Source: Antedon mediterranea
Taxonomy: Eukaryota; Animalia; Echinodermata
Direction of reading: 5' to 3'
DNA: 64,000 bases
Assembly (NCBI RefSeq): GCF_964355755.1
Contig: NC_092677.1
Span: forward strand, 20,110,101-20,174,100
The position numbers and the translations under genes are program-made. The notes under the pieces were generated by a model. The model was given only the letters and a program-made list of their open reading frames with translations, made no database searches and was not told the DNA's origin. This document shows, piece after piece, positions 11,181-23,428 of this stretch (the first letter of the stretch is position 1; each line of letters opens with the position of its first letter).

Positions 11181-12760
11181 AACTAGATATGAACTCGTCA
11201 CTTTGCACATACGTTAAAATATGAACAGCAAATATTATGCCATCCTATGACAGACAGTATTAAATATGTTTACAGTGCTGAATTGTACCTATTTTGTGTC
11301 ATAAAGCATAACAATATTTACACTAAATATACACATAGCATAGATGAAATTACGAGACCCATCTTCAATCCAATTTTTAACATGTTGACGTCATCAAAAT
11401 ATAACATGAAGATAGCAATTTTAGAAGATAATTATCTAAATAATTACATTAACCAAAATTTGAAGAATTTTGGGCACGAAAAAGTAAGTTGCGCGCTATT
11501 TTAAATATGGTGAATTTTTATGAAACAGATGAAAATCAGACTTTTTGAATTCAACTGGCCATGATGACGTCATGACATCCGGTAGACAACATTTTTATGA
11601 ATTCATGTCTGCAATTTTAAAAATGAAAAAGTTCATCAAACTGAATGAAATTATCTACTACAAAAGGTATGAAAAACAAAAATCAAATGCAAAAACCATT
11701 TTTCTACGCTTTGTACAATTAGCTGTGCACACAAGTGCGTGTGCAAAACGGAAACAAATTAGAAAATTTTGAAATGCTCAAAATGACCTGAAATGTACGC
11801 AAAATTCATTAGAAATTAATTTTGCGCATTCCATAATTTTAAACACGTGTGCGCGCGTAATTTTGTATGCAACACGCCATTTTTACTCCATAGAAAGTTG
11901 ATCTTTGATATAGATTATAATTTTATTAAGTTTCTTTGGAAAAGAATCGCACAAACACAATTATAACACTAGAGGTAAAACTAGACTAAAGTTAAAGAAA
12001 AGAAAACTTAAATGTACTAGTCTTAATGCTATGTGTTGCTCCTGAAATATGGAACAGCATTGACACCACGCTTAAACAAGCTTCATCGTTTGCTATTTTT
12101 AAGATGAAATATAAACTTTCTCTTATTAACTTATATTAATTTATACTAAGCTAATGTCTATATTATGCCATGATTACATGCATGCATATGTATGTATCAT
12201 GTAATGTACAGTTGTTGGCCTATGTGGGTTCATTTAACCTTTCTGCTTCTGTTTAGAACCTCATCTGGTATTTGGTTGTCCTGACAATGGTATTCCCTAA
12301 CTTTCTCTCTCGCGCGTCCCATGTTATAATTTATGGTCTACTCGTCTATTTTATTTATTTATTTTTTATTTATTTATTTATTAATGTAACTAGTTTTAGT
12401 GGGCCTCCTATCACAAGCCCCTTAGGGTTTCTTGGAGGTCCCTTTCATCGTTTAAAACATGTTTTACTCCTCACTTGTTTTTGTTTATGAGATGAATAAA
12501 GAATAAAGAGTAAAGTTTTTTGGTTCTAAATTTATGATCAATAAAAAAAAATTGTATAATCAAACATACGTTATGCTGCGCAACTATGACGTAATCGAAA
12601 ACTCATCTGAACTACTTGATTGCTCATATTCACTGTCAACTGTAGGTTCACAATCTGTAAAAATTGTAAAAACTAATTACTGTATTGAAAAAAAAGAATT
12701 GTGTAAAAGTTTTCCGATACAAGGAAAAAGAAAATCGTCAGTTCCAAGAATTAATGCTTA
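11181..12760 (-). mobile_element. Probable Helentron/HINE-related non-autonomous element (degenerate)
   Basis: Starts with AACTAG (CTAGTT on the minus strand). About 11775-11830 resembles, in reverse, the interior of the HINE at ~53215-53265. Boundaries are uncertain. Confidence 0.35.
12025..12515 (+). mobile_element. 3' end of a CR1/L2-group LINE
   Basis: Encodes the ORF2 C-terminus APEIWNSIDTTLKQASSFAIFKMKYK*, followed by a 3'UTR with stem-loop GGGCCTCC..GGAGGTCCC and a (GAATAAA)n tail. Confidence 0.7.
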
Positions 12761-13583
12761 AAATTGATCAAGACATGTAAACAAAGGTCCATCTATTCCA
12801 GTGAATTTATAGCTGTACAGTTACACATAATATAATGAAAAATATGATGTTTAATAGTTAACACAACTGAAAATGAAAAACATTCATGTCGTACTGATTA
12901 GCAATTTTTTTATTCTTCCATCAGTTACACTCCATCCCCTTTTCAATTCAAATCTCTCCTGAAAACTCACCTATTTCAATAGTTATTCTTTTCATGTTGC
13001 GCTGTGAGACACCTGTAAAGAGGGCTTTATAAATGGTCGATATTATTCTTAAAAAGTTTTTTAATGACATCATAAACGTTGTTCCTATTAGACTGAACAT
13101 TAAATTGACCAAAAATATAGTTGCGATAATGAATTTTTGTCTACCATTTACTTTTGTCTACTATTCTAACGCTAAAGCTCACTATTGGCGTTGGTCGCAT
13201 TGCTTGTGTTGTTGGGCAAAATACTTTTACTAATGTTTGCCTCTCCCCACCCAGGCATACAGATGGGTACCTGGTGGTCAAAACATGTCTGCGTTGATTA
13301 CTAACTACAAAATTATGGAAGTATGTTTACATACATGTTTGATCCAAAAATGACAGGGGTAATAATGTGAAGTGCTTTAAGGGCCCTTGAGCATTAAACA
13401 CTATCAGTAAGAACAGTAAAGTAAATAGGCACATACTACAAATTTCTCCAAACATTCAGTTACATTTTCTAGTAAACGTTAATTAACGTACTGGAAAACC
13501 AACTACTGTACTCTATTTAGTACCAGAGAAATTGACATTCATACCACATATTTAATGAATAACATTTGATATTTGACCAACAG

Positions 13584-13722
13584 ACATCAACTTGGGACCC
13601 CTCAGCATTATGAGCAGCTTAGAGCCTTTTATGCAGACCATAAAGGATCTCTACCTATTTCTACTTCATTATCCACTGTAAATCCATCATCATCTGAATG
13701 TAGAGTGTTGCCTGCAATGATG
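13584..13722 (+). CDS. DENND11: DENND11 coding exon
   Basis: CAG/GTAAGT-bounded 139-bp exon: HQLGTPQHYEQLRAFYADHKGSLP...LPAMM (cf. HQLEMPGHY..FYEDKKG..YPEMK). Confidence 0.92.
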
Positions 13723-13895
13723 GTAAGTGAGTTTCGCCTAATAGTGTAATGTTAATACATGTTGTATTTTATGAACTTCTTGCAGCTCTTAGCAGGGAAT
13801 GTGAGATTACATGAAAAATTCTCTTTATACATCATTACAACAAAAACAACTGCAGTGATAAGTAGTCAAGACAAAGTCTAATATAATAAATGTCT

Positions 13896-14926
13896 TGTTA
13901 CAACCGCTAATGTAGAAAATGCCAGCTAATGTAGAACAATCCACCGCTAATGTAGTAGAACCTCCAGCTAATGTAGTAACACCAACAGCTTATGTATGTG
14001 ACCACCTCTATTGAACGACCACCGTCTCTGTTAAGGAACCACTTCTATCAATCACCTCTCGGAAGTGATCACCTCCTCTCTTAAGGACCACTTTTCATAA
14101 TCAACCACCTCTCGTAAGCGACTACCACTCTTAACGACCACACCTCTCGTAAGTGACCACCTCTTTTAAGGGACCACCTCCAGTAACGACCACCTCTTGT
14201 AAATGACCCCCTCTATTAAACGACCACCATCTCTGTTAATCGACCGCTTCTCATATTAATTGGAAGTGATCACATCCTCTCTTTAAAGGGACTGCTTTTC
14301 ATTCATTTTTTATTTCATGTCATAGGACATGTCTACCAAATTTGGTGCCTTTATCAAAAAGTGACCGATCGACCTGTTTTTTTTTGTGCTATAGAACCCC
14401 ATTCAAGAGGTGGTCAGTTATGAGAAACGGTCCTGTAATAGAGGTCTTCATTGATTAGAGTTGTGGTCGTTAAGAGAGGCGGTCGCTTACGAGAGGTGGT
14501 CAATTATGAGAAGCGGTGCCTTCAAAGAGATGGTGGTCGTTCAATAGAGGTGGTCACGTGATGGAAGATGGTCAATTATGAGAAGCGGTCCTTAAAATAG
14601 AGTGAAAAAGACTGTGGTCCCTTAAAAGAGGGAGGTGGTTGCTTACGATGTGTGGTCGTTTTGCTTACAAGAGGTGGAAAAACTGATAGCTAAGTATAAG
14701 ATCGATGCATTTGCACATGATTTAGACATTTTTGTAAAATATATATAACATTTTCTACATTAGCTGGCGATAGTAACTACATAAGCTGGGAGGCAATTTA
14801 TATATACTACATAAGCTGTTTGTGTTTCTACATTAGCTGAAGGTTTTACTACATTAGCAGTGGATTGTTGTACATTAACGGTTGTTTCGACATAAGCTGG
14901 CGTTTTCTACATTAGTGGTTGTAACA
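13896..14926. mobile_element. Palindromic MITE-like element with TGT...ACA termini and subterminal GCTAATGTAG repeats; contains a nested GACCACCTCT-repeat fold-back (~14000-14680)
   Basis: TGTTACAACCGCTAATGTAGAAAA at 13896 and TTTTCTACATTAGTGGTTGTAACA ending at 14926. Internal arrays of GACCACCTCT and AGAGGTGGTC face each other. No clean TSD; a Ginger affinity is only a guess. Confidence 0.75.
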
Positions 14927-15030
14927 GGGCTCAACGTTTGTCTAGACTCCAGTCTGAAGTGTCATGGGTTGTACTGCTTTGTGTGTGATTAATGTATCAT
15001 CAAACATTACTAACATTTTTTGGTATAAAG

Positions 15031-15254
15031 GGTGAGTCCCGTGTTCTCTGAACGTAGGGGACTGAGCTGTTAGGAGCTCATTGTACTAAGCCTCGGCATT
15101 ATGTGGTAGGGTGGCCAGTTCCTTTCCACGCCGCCTTTTTTTTTTTTTTTTTTTTTTTTCTCCCTAGTATTTTCAACCAGGTACTCATTTACAGCTGAGT
15201 GGACTGGGAGTTGTCGGGAATTGAACCCGGGTCTATCTGTATGACAGAGTGTCA
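15031..15254 (-). mobile_element. tRNA-derived SINE, 5'-truncated; same family as 61266-61510
   Basis: Near-identical reverse complement of 61285-61500, with B-box GGTTCAATTCC and an expanded internal A-run. Confidence 0.9.
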
Positions 15255-15836
15255 TGAAAAATGGAGATTAATTAAATCACACTTTGAATAGAGTATTTTG
15301 TAGTTTTAATAATAACAGAAAAAAAAAGAAAAAATGTTTTCACTTGATAAATGACAAAACATAGTTAAATTTATCTAAAACCCAATCCCAGCCAATTTGA
15401 ATTACATTTTTTGTTCAGGTAAATACATTTTTTTTCCAATTTTTGGTCAAAGTGGATCTAAAAATAGGATGTTGAGCTTAACTTGCCAAGATAGGACCAT
15501 GTAATTATTCTCTGGTTTTTGTTAACCAAACATTTGGGGAAGGAAATTGGCTAATTGAAAATCTGTCAAATGTTTAAGGGGAGTGGAACTGATTGTGTCG
15601 CAACCACACAAAAAACCTTTGATAATAATAATACTGAGCATTTTTAAATAAGTCCATTTCGGCCAGGATGTGACGGAACATGAAGAACTAATACACTGTA
15701 CATAAGCAGGAGCAGGGCCATGAATACTAACAGAGCTTAGCATCCTGTTGTTAGATTGCCTTGGTTAGGTGATAATTGTATTTTATGAAGGAAATTGTTT
15801 GATAACTGTTTAATTGTTCGTTTGTTTTCTTAATAG

Positions 15837-15975
15837 ATAACACATCCTGCTGGTTGTTTTGCTCAGTTCATTAATTTCTTTGGTGAACATATATTTACAA
15901 TCTGGAAGTTTATACTTTTACGGAAACGCATTATATTTTTTTCACCACCACCTATAGGAGTTGTTTGTTATCGAG
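15837..15975 (+). CDS. DENND11: DENND11 coding exon
   Basis: TAG/GT-bounded 139-bp exon: [46 protein letters not shown], a highly conserved DENND11 segment. Confidence 0.96.
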
Positions 15976-16863
15976 GTTTGTATGATTCAATACAATTTCA
16001 TATTTTAAACTAGTTAGTTCACCATTAATCCAATGTGCATAAAACTATAAACTTTCTCAGGGTTGTTTTCATGAAATTGTAATACATTTTAAGCATTTAA
16101 ATGAGGTTCAAATAGTGTTAAATGCCAATATAAATTCAAAACTTTACAACATTTATAAGTATTAAAATTAAAATCAGCCCCATCATAGTTGTCATTGGGG
16201 TGGGTACATTTTGGAAATATGGAACAAGAAAAAGCACTATATTAACATACAGTACCTGTAATTTTATTCTTGGTTCAAAGCATTGCTAAAAAGTGCAATA
16301 AAGCCTAGGGATTCCAATTTTTTAATAACGCACTTGGTCTCATGTACAGTTTAAAAAAGGTAAAAAGTATAAAAAAGGTGCACGAGAGTAAAGTAAAATT
16401 GTTCAACAGAACCAGGTTTGATTTTTTGAAATTGTAACCAGTAAAACATGTTTTAAGCTTTGCCCTTATTTCGAATTACCTAGAATAAAGTGATACAGAT
16501 AAAGATACAACAGATCATTGTTTACATATTGAAAGATGTTATAAATGTTAATGCTATGTTGAGGAAAACTAAAATTATACTTAATACTAGCCTAGGCCTA
16601 CCTATTAAAAATGTAACCATGATAACAATTGAATACTGTTTTCTGATTGGATGTTGATGTCACGTGAGATGTTCAAATCACAAACGCATGCAGTTCGCCT
16701 CAGTAGGTAATGCCTCCTCGCACTCTCCGACCGGTTGCGACTCGCACTGCTCTAGGCTAGCAATTTACCTCCCTCAAATTAACTCCGCCTCTCCACATCC
16801 ACACTATAAGGGCCCTGCCAAACAATAAACACTATACGTAAAATGCTATTAATCTGCTAAGAC

Positions 16864-19800
16864 GGGTGTGTAGAAAGCGACGACCTCGAATTGGACGACG
16901 CCAACGACGCGGGCGACCTCGAATTGGACGACCTAGAATTGGACGACCTAGAATTGGACGACCCATAACACGAAAACGACGACCCCTATAGCCTAGCCTA
17001 GCATAGGCCTAAGTGTGGTATAATATTCTGAAGCCGAACATAGCCAAAGATCTTTAAACCATACCTTATCGCAAGCAAGCAATTGATTGCAAAAATACAG
17101 AACTAGAAAGCCACTCCGAGAGGGCATACCTCCGCCTACTGTAAAATTCTTTTTTTTTCGTTTTTTAAACTACTCGCATCAAAAAACGTGCACATTAAAT
17201 CAAATTATGTTTTAAAATCACAAATTATAACTCTTGCCTCTTGTTAAAAAATGAAGTTTTTTGGATAAGTAGTTTTCGAGAAAATGCAATTTCAGTTTAC
17301 TTGTTACTTTAAGACTGCTCGCCGGCTTTTGAAAAATTCTGTCCTATCTTTTAACACTAGCAGGTCTAAAAAAGTATACTAAAAAGTGGTCCAGAATTGG
17401 GACTGTGGTCCCGAATGGTCCCAAAATTTAATGGAATGGTCCTTGACCACATATCTATCTGTCTATTCATTTTGGTAAAGATCTTGTAATTACTTTTTGA
17501 GTAATCCTGCTAACAAACAAACAAACAAACACACGCTACCGATTACATATACCTCCTTGGCGGAGGTAAAATATCGCCATTTGGTACTGAATGTGTCGAC
17601 ACGAACAAACGAACAGATATGGAACGCCAAGAGTGCATCATTAAAACTGCATTCGACTCGATTAGCGAAACACGAAATATCATAAACATGGCAACATGGC
17701 AAACCAGGTCAAAACGGCCCCTTTTTCAGTGTACAATGCGGTAATCTCTTCTTCCTCGGTTACATTTGCCTCATTTTAATATATGTCACGCTAGGCTGAA
17801 CAACACTCTCATGAATAATAAACAGTTGATTACATCATACTATACTGGGATTTTACCTCTTGAATATTCATAAGTTTCACTTGCACTACAGTATTGGGCC
17901 GTAATTGTTTGACTTGGATGGAAAAGATAAAACAAGATATTATTTATTGTATCAAATACTATGTAATGATTATTATGAATAAACTGGATTTTTCATTTTC
18001 AATTTAAGTGCTTTCTTGAGAACAATTACCAAATTAAGTGACATGAACACATATTCATCAAAATTTGATTTTGTGCTGCTGACAACGTTAAACACGTAGT
18101 GAGATATTTATTCACCAAATCAAATTGAACTTTCAGTCAGATTAGGCCTATACCTAATACACCTGTATTTCTTGTGTATTTCTTCAATACAATTTTATTA
18201 CAAGTCTAAAAGATGTGTCAGATAAAAAACAATTTTTTTTTAAATAGCTACTCGGGGAAATTAAACAATTACTGAAATAAAACACAGTGTCATGTTTTCT
18301 AGGTACCGGGCTATAACTATAACTAAATAAAGAGAAAAGGTACCCTTAAGGTGCCTTAATTATGACCTCATCATATAAATTTGGGATGAGTTAGTTTAGG
18401 TGGAATTTAAATGACATCATGGTCTTTAAAATTATTGTAGACGACAGAAACTTGAGTCACATTCCTAATCATTTATATTTGGTATCACACAAGTGTCTTT
18501 AACATGACATGGATACTTTATCACAACTTTATACAATACCTACTTTCTTATGTAGAGATCATAAACAGACTATATACTACAATGTTCCTACAGTTCACCG
18601 GTCTGTAGGGTTAACTAATACAATACTATAAATCTACAGTATCTTTTAAGATAATTATTTCACACATACATACACATAGACAAAACCATACTAGAATTTT
18701 CACTAGAAGTGTGAATTGAAAAATTATTCGCCGCCTTTGAACCAATGGGGGCCAAAATGGAATCTGAGAAATCCCCAATTTTTAACACAGGCTGCGTTTT
18801 AAAACTGCATTTTAAATCCACCCTGGGGGATATTTTTGCTTATAACTTTGTTTGCCTATCATAAAAGAGAACATGACGGTTTTTACAGTTGTTCGTTAAA
18901 TGAATAATGAATATTAAAATGACCAGAAACTCTTCAGCAACAAGTACCTGCAAAAGTCACTACTATACTACTGTACTACTACTGTACCACTAAAAAAAAA
19001 TAATGTACCAATTAAGTATAGATTAAAGCCAAAATTATGATTAAAATTAATTAAAGTATCTGATATTCTTATTTTATACGTATTTCTTATAAGAATACCA
19101 ATCTATCAATTGCTGATAGTACTTTTTGTGATGTATTTAGTTTAGGATTTTGCAGAAGTGACATTTCCAGCATCTTTTCTTGCCATTTCAAAGTCGATTT
19201 TTTTAAATTTAAGGCATGTGGTGTGGTACCACTGAAAACAGTTGGTACATTCGATCATTTTTCTTGTAGGATTGTGTATGTGACATTAACAGTATTTACT
19301 GACATTAAAATTTATTTTCTTAATTTGTTTTTTAATTTTTATATGTGGAAACATAGAAATGATAATGAAATAATTTATATAAAACAATGTAGCCTATGTA
19401 TGTATGTATTATGTGATCGATATAAACTTTGTGCTAGCCTACTCTAGCCTACTCTCCTCCCAAAAATGTGATAAATATATTCTTTAGCGTATCATCACAC
19501 ACGGCCGGTTGTATGAAACTTTATGTTATGAATATTCAAGAGGTAAAATCCCAGCTCAGTTGTATAGTATGACGTAAGCAACTGTTTATTATTCATGAGA
19601 GTGTTGTTCAGCCTAGCGTGACATATATTAAAATGAGGCAAATGTGACCGAGGAAGAAGAGATTACCGTACAATGCATGTGTGAAATGTAAAGCTTTCTT
19701 ATGGCCCTCCCCATGCACATGTTCGCAACACACTGCTTGGTAGGCCTATAGTGTTCGTTATAAGAACACAAGATGTAATTATACGTCCATGGTTTAACCA

Positions 19801-20142
19801 TGTAATGTATAATATTTATTTCTTTTTAATTTATTTTTAATATGTCGTATGCAGTTTTAATGATGCACTCTTGGCGTTCCATATCTGTTCGTTTGTTCGT
19901 GTCGACACATTCAGTAGTAGTATCAAATGGCGATATTTCTGTATTTTTTCAATCAATTGCTTGCTTGCGAGTATTATAAGGTATGGTTTAAAGATCTTTG
20001 GCTATGTTCGGCTTCGGGATGTTATACCACACTTAGGCCTAGGCTAGGCTAGGCTATAGGGGTTGTCGGTTTCGTGTTATGGGTCGAGGTCGCCCTGGTG
20101 GTTGGGGTCGTACAATTCGAGGTCGTCGCTTTCTACACACCC
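16864..20142. mobile_element. Non-autonomous Mutator-like (MULE) element with long TIRs
   Basis: TIRs start GGGTGTGTAGAAAGCGACGACCTCGAATTG and run several hundred bp. Perfect 10-bp TSD CTGCTAAGAC at 16854-16863 and 20143-20152. Confidence 0.88.
17101..17570 (-). mobile_element. Helentron-associated (HINE/DINE-1-like) element
   Basis: Minus strand begins TTACCTCCGCCAAGGAGGT followed by a (GTTT)n microsatellite, and ends GGCGGAGGTA..hairpin..CTAGTT. It is absent from the matching right TIR of the MULE (~19925-19945), which shows insertion into an AA/TT site. Confidence 0.85.
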
Positions 20143-22179
20143 CTGCTAAGACACTGTGAAACAGGTTAATGAGTAGGTTTAGTTTTACGATTATCAAACA
20201 TTTCAATAATGGTAACCGACCGAAAACGGCCAGAATGTCCTTCTAAAACCTTTTTACCCGAGTCATTATCATTCCGAAAATCGTCTACACTTCCTAGCGA
20301 GCGAAGCGAGAGGGGGAGCGAGCGAAGCGAGACATGATTATGTCTCTTCCTGTTTTTCGAAAGAGAACTGGCAATGACCAAAATCTTCACACAATAGTGA
20401 CTAGTGGTTTCCAAGATACAGAGTACGTTATTAAAAATGGCGGCCATTTTTAATTATGCAAATTAGGCTACTTCCTGTTGTCGAAAAATGTCCTAACGTT
20501 GATAAATGTGTTCAGTACTGTCTAAAGAACACATTTCATCAAAAAAACCTTTTCTTGCAATTTGTGTGAGTTAAAAGTACCAGACAAATACTGTAACCAA
20601 ATTTATATATTGTCAACATAAAGAGGCAGATCAAATCAGATATTTCCTCAAAATGATTATTGCATGCATGCCATCATGTTCTGACCAATCTTTGCAAAAT
20701 GAATTTTTTAAAGTTTTATAAGTTTTGCTTTATTAACCACTTATTTTATTTAAGGTCAGCGTAACATTTTAAGTCTGATTTGATTAATTACAGAATTATA
20801 ATTATATTAATAAAAATTATAATGAAATAATAAACTTTACTGATCAAATAATTTGATTACTTGTAAAACCATCCGCATCATAGTTTGGACAACTTTGCAT
20901 CTATTTGGTAACTACCTAATCTATATATAAATTTACGTAAGGACAAAATTCGGTAAATCGCGCCTTACTTCTAGAATATTTACTCGATGGTATATAAAGT
21001 TGGTTTGTACTTTCGGTACTGATTTTAACCACCTGATGTAACCCTGTTTACTAATTAAATTCAGTTAGATAATTAGTTATTGACGATTAAAACGAATTTA
21101 GGTTCAACGATTTGCCCCAAATAGGGGTGTTTTCTGATCGTGGTATACACTGTCTAATGGATGTCCATCTTAAAAAATACCCGCCACAAAAATGCGAGGA
21201 GGCTTCGCATTTTCCTATCTCCTCCTACGATAATTGTTTTTAATAGCTGAAAACCGGTTGTACAGCTAGAGTACAGCATCAAAATGTTGAAGATCTTCAA
21301 AATCTTCTTAAAAAAATACTATTTTGATAGATTTAATATACGATTATACAAATGTATTGATTTGCGATGAATGGAACATCCCAATCTCTCATTCTGCCAG
21401 AGTTTGGTTTAACACACGGTAGGTAAATATATGGGCCCTTTGAGAATAAACTTGCAATAGGGTCATTCCATCTCAGTTCACCCAAAAAAAATGGAATTTT
21501 AAACCCTACCTCTTCCAATTTTGATGAAATTTGGTATATGGGTGATTCATAGCAATTAAAGCCAAAATTTCAAATTTTAACTTTATCGGACCAACGGTTT
21601 TCGAGATATCGCAATTTCTATTTTCGGTTTTTACGCAAAAAAGCGCGCGGCCGCCACGTTTCAAAGAGCTGTATCTCGGGAACTATAGGTTCGATTTTAA
21701 AAACAAAGGTATTTTTGTAAAGGGGAGACCATAAGGAACCTAAATATACTAATTGTGTGTGTTTTATGTTAATTTTAAGTTGAATAAAACTTTGACATAT
21801 ATTTTGACCTTGAAATTGACCCCGTGGAACACGCCCGATTTGTTGGTGACTATCACGAAAAATGTAGCCCTACGTGTCAACTACAACATATAAAAAAATT
21901 GGAGGGGTTTTTTTCTTTGTTTCCATGAAATTACAATTTGAAGTTGACATACCTCTTCCTTTTAGTGTATTTTTGGTGTTGTTATACTTATACACAGTGT
22001 GAACACTAACTGTTAAGGTGTCTTTTGTTACGCTTTCTCATCAGGCCCACTTAAACAGTAGATATATTTTGATATGAGAAATACTGGGTAACTCACATAC
22101 TTTTCAAATCAATTTTGACACATAGTTTAGTGTCCTTACTATGTTATTATGCACATTAACATATGCATAATAATAATAA

Positions 22180-23428
22180 GTGATTGCAGAGAACATACAA
22201 CAGTCACTGTATATGCCTTTTTAAAGGTTGTCATCCCCTATATAAAAACAAAACTACCAACCATGAAAAAAGTTCATTATTTCACAGATGGATGTGGCGG
22301 CCAATACAAAAACAAATATAACTTTATTAACCTTTGCCACCACCAGGAAGATTTTGGTTTAGACGCCGAGTGGAAATTTTTTGCTACATCACATGGCAAG
22401 AGTGCGTGTGATGGCATAGGTGGAACAGTTAAGAGGCTTGTCACTAAGAGAAGCTTACAGCGTTTGACTGAATGTCATATTATCACATCTCTCAGTATGT
22501 TCGACTACTGTGTAATTTTTTATTTTTATTTTATGTCTTTAGGCAATGTGGCCAAGGATTATCAATAGTGAATTAATCACTGTCCTATCAGATAGGTGGT
22601 AATCCCCCTGATACAGGGGCTTTTGTGTGAACCAGTTCACCGGGGTAACCCCCTACTCTTTTTCGAATAATGAACTGGGTTCTTTAAAGTACACACATGT
22701 TATAACTGTGTACACTGGGCCTACGGTTTATAGTCCTTATCCGAGAAGACTTGTTCCACCACCAGAACGGAGCGAGTCGGCCTCGAACCCTTGCCGATGT
22801 TGTTGTTGGCTCTTTTAGGTACGGTAAACGGCGCCCCTGCCTTAACCGCTCGGCCATATGACTCGCTCATATGGACATTCCAGGCATCAACTTTTTTCAT
22901 GTGGGAATAGATGAGGTATCTACTGTGGAAAAAGAAATAAAGCCGAGATTCAACCTCGCCCAGACCATCAAGGGTACATTACAATATCATCGCTTTGTTC
23001 CCGTTTCTCTGGCACAGATGCAGGTCTACAAACTTAGTACCCAGATAAACTCTCCGGATGTGGTAGTGATTCAAGAATCTTTCAGTGATGAAAATGAAAT
23101 TGTTGCTGATACACAACCCACCATGATTAGAATTCAGAATTTTGTGTGCTGTAGTTATGATGGTGTCCCATGGATTGGTTTGGTGGTGGATGTCTCACTC
23201 TCAGAAGAGTTTGGGGATTATCAAATTAAATTGCATCCTCATGGGCCAGCGAAAACCTTTTATTGGCCGTCCAAAGAAGACTGTTGTTGGATTCCTGAAT
23301 CAAATGTACATTGTATTATAGCCTCTCCGTTTATAAAATCCTCTTCGACTAGGAATTACAGTATTTCCCAAAATGATCGCCACAACATTTCTAAATACTG
23401 TTTGAATTGTCCAGATGACAAGGAGTAA
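22180..23428 (+). pseudogene. Sola2-type DDD transposase C-terminal fragment, split by a SINE
   Basis: YFTDGCGGQYKN and FFATSHGKSACDGIGGTVKR, then after the SINE IKGTLQYHRF and YDGVPWIG..HPHGP..FYWP..D.CW. The N-terminal half is missing. Confidence 0.85.
22516..22867 (-). mobile_element. tRNA-derived SINE with Deu/Nin-like central domain
   Basis: Minus strand has A-box TGGCCGAGCGG, B-box GGTTCGAGGCC, core GTCTTCTCGGATAAGGACTATAAACCGTAGG..AAAGAACCC..TTCGAAAAGAGTAGGGG and an A-rich tail. The core is shared with 54029-54347. Confidence 0.85.
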
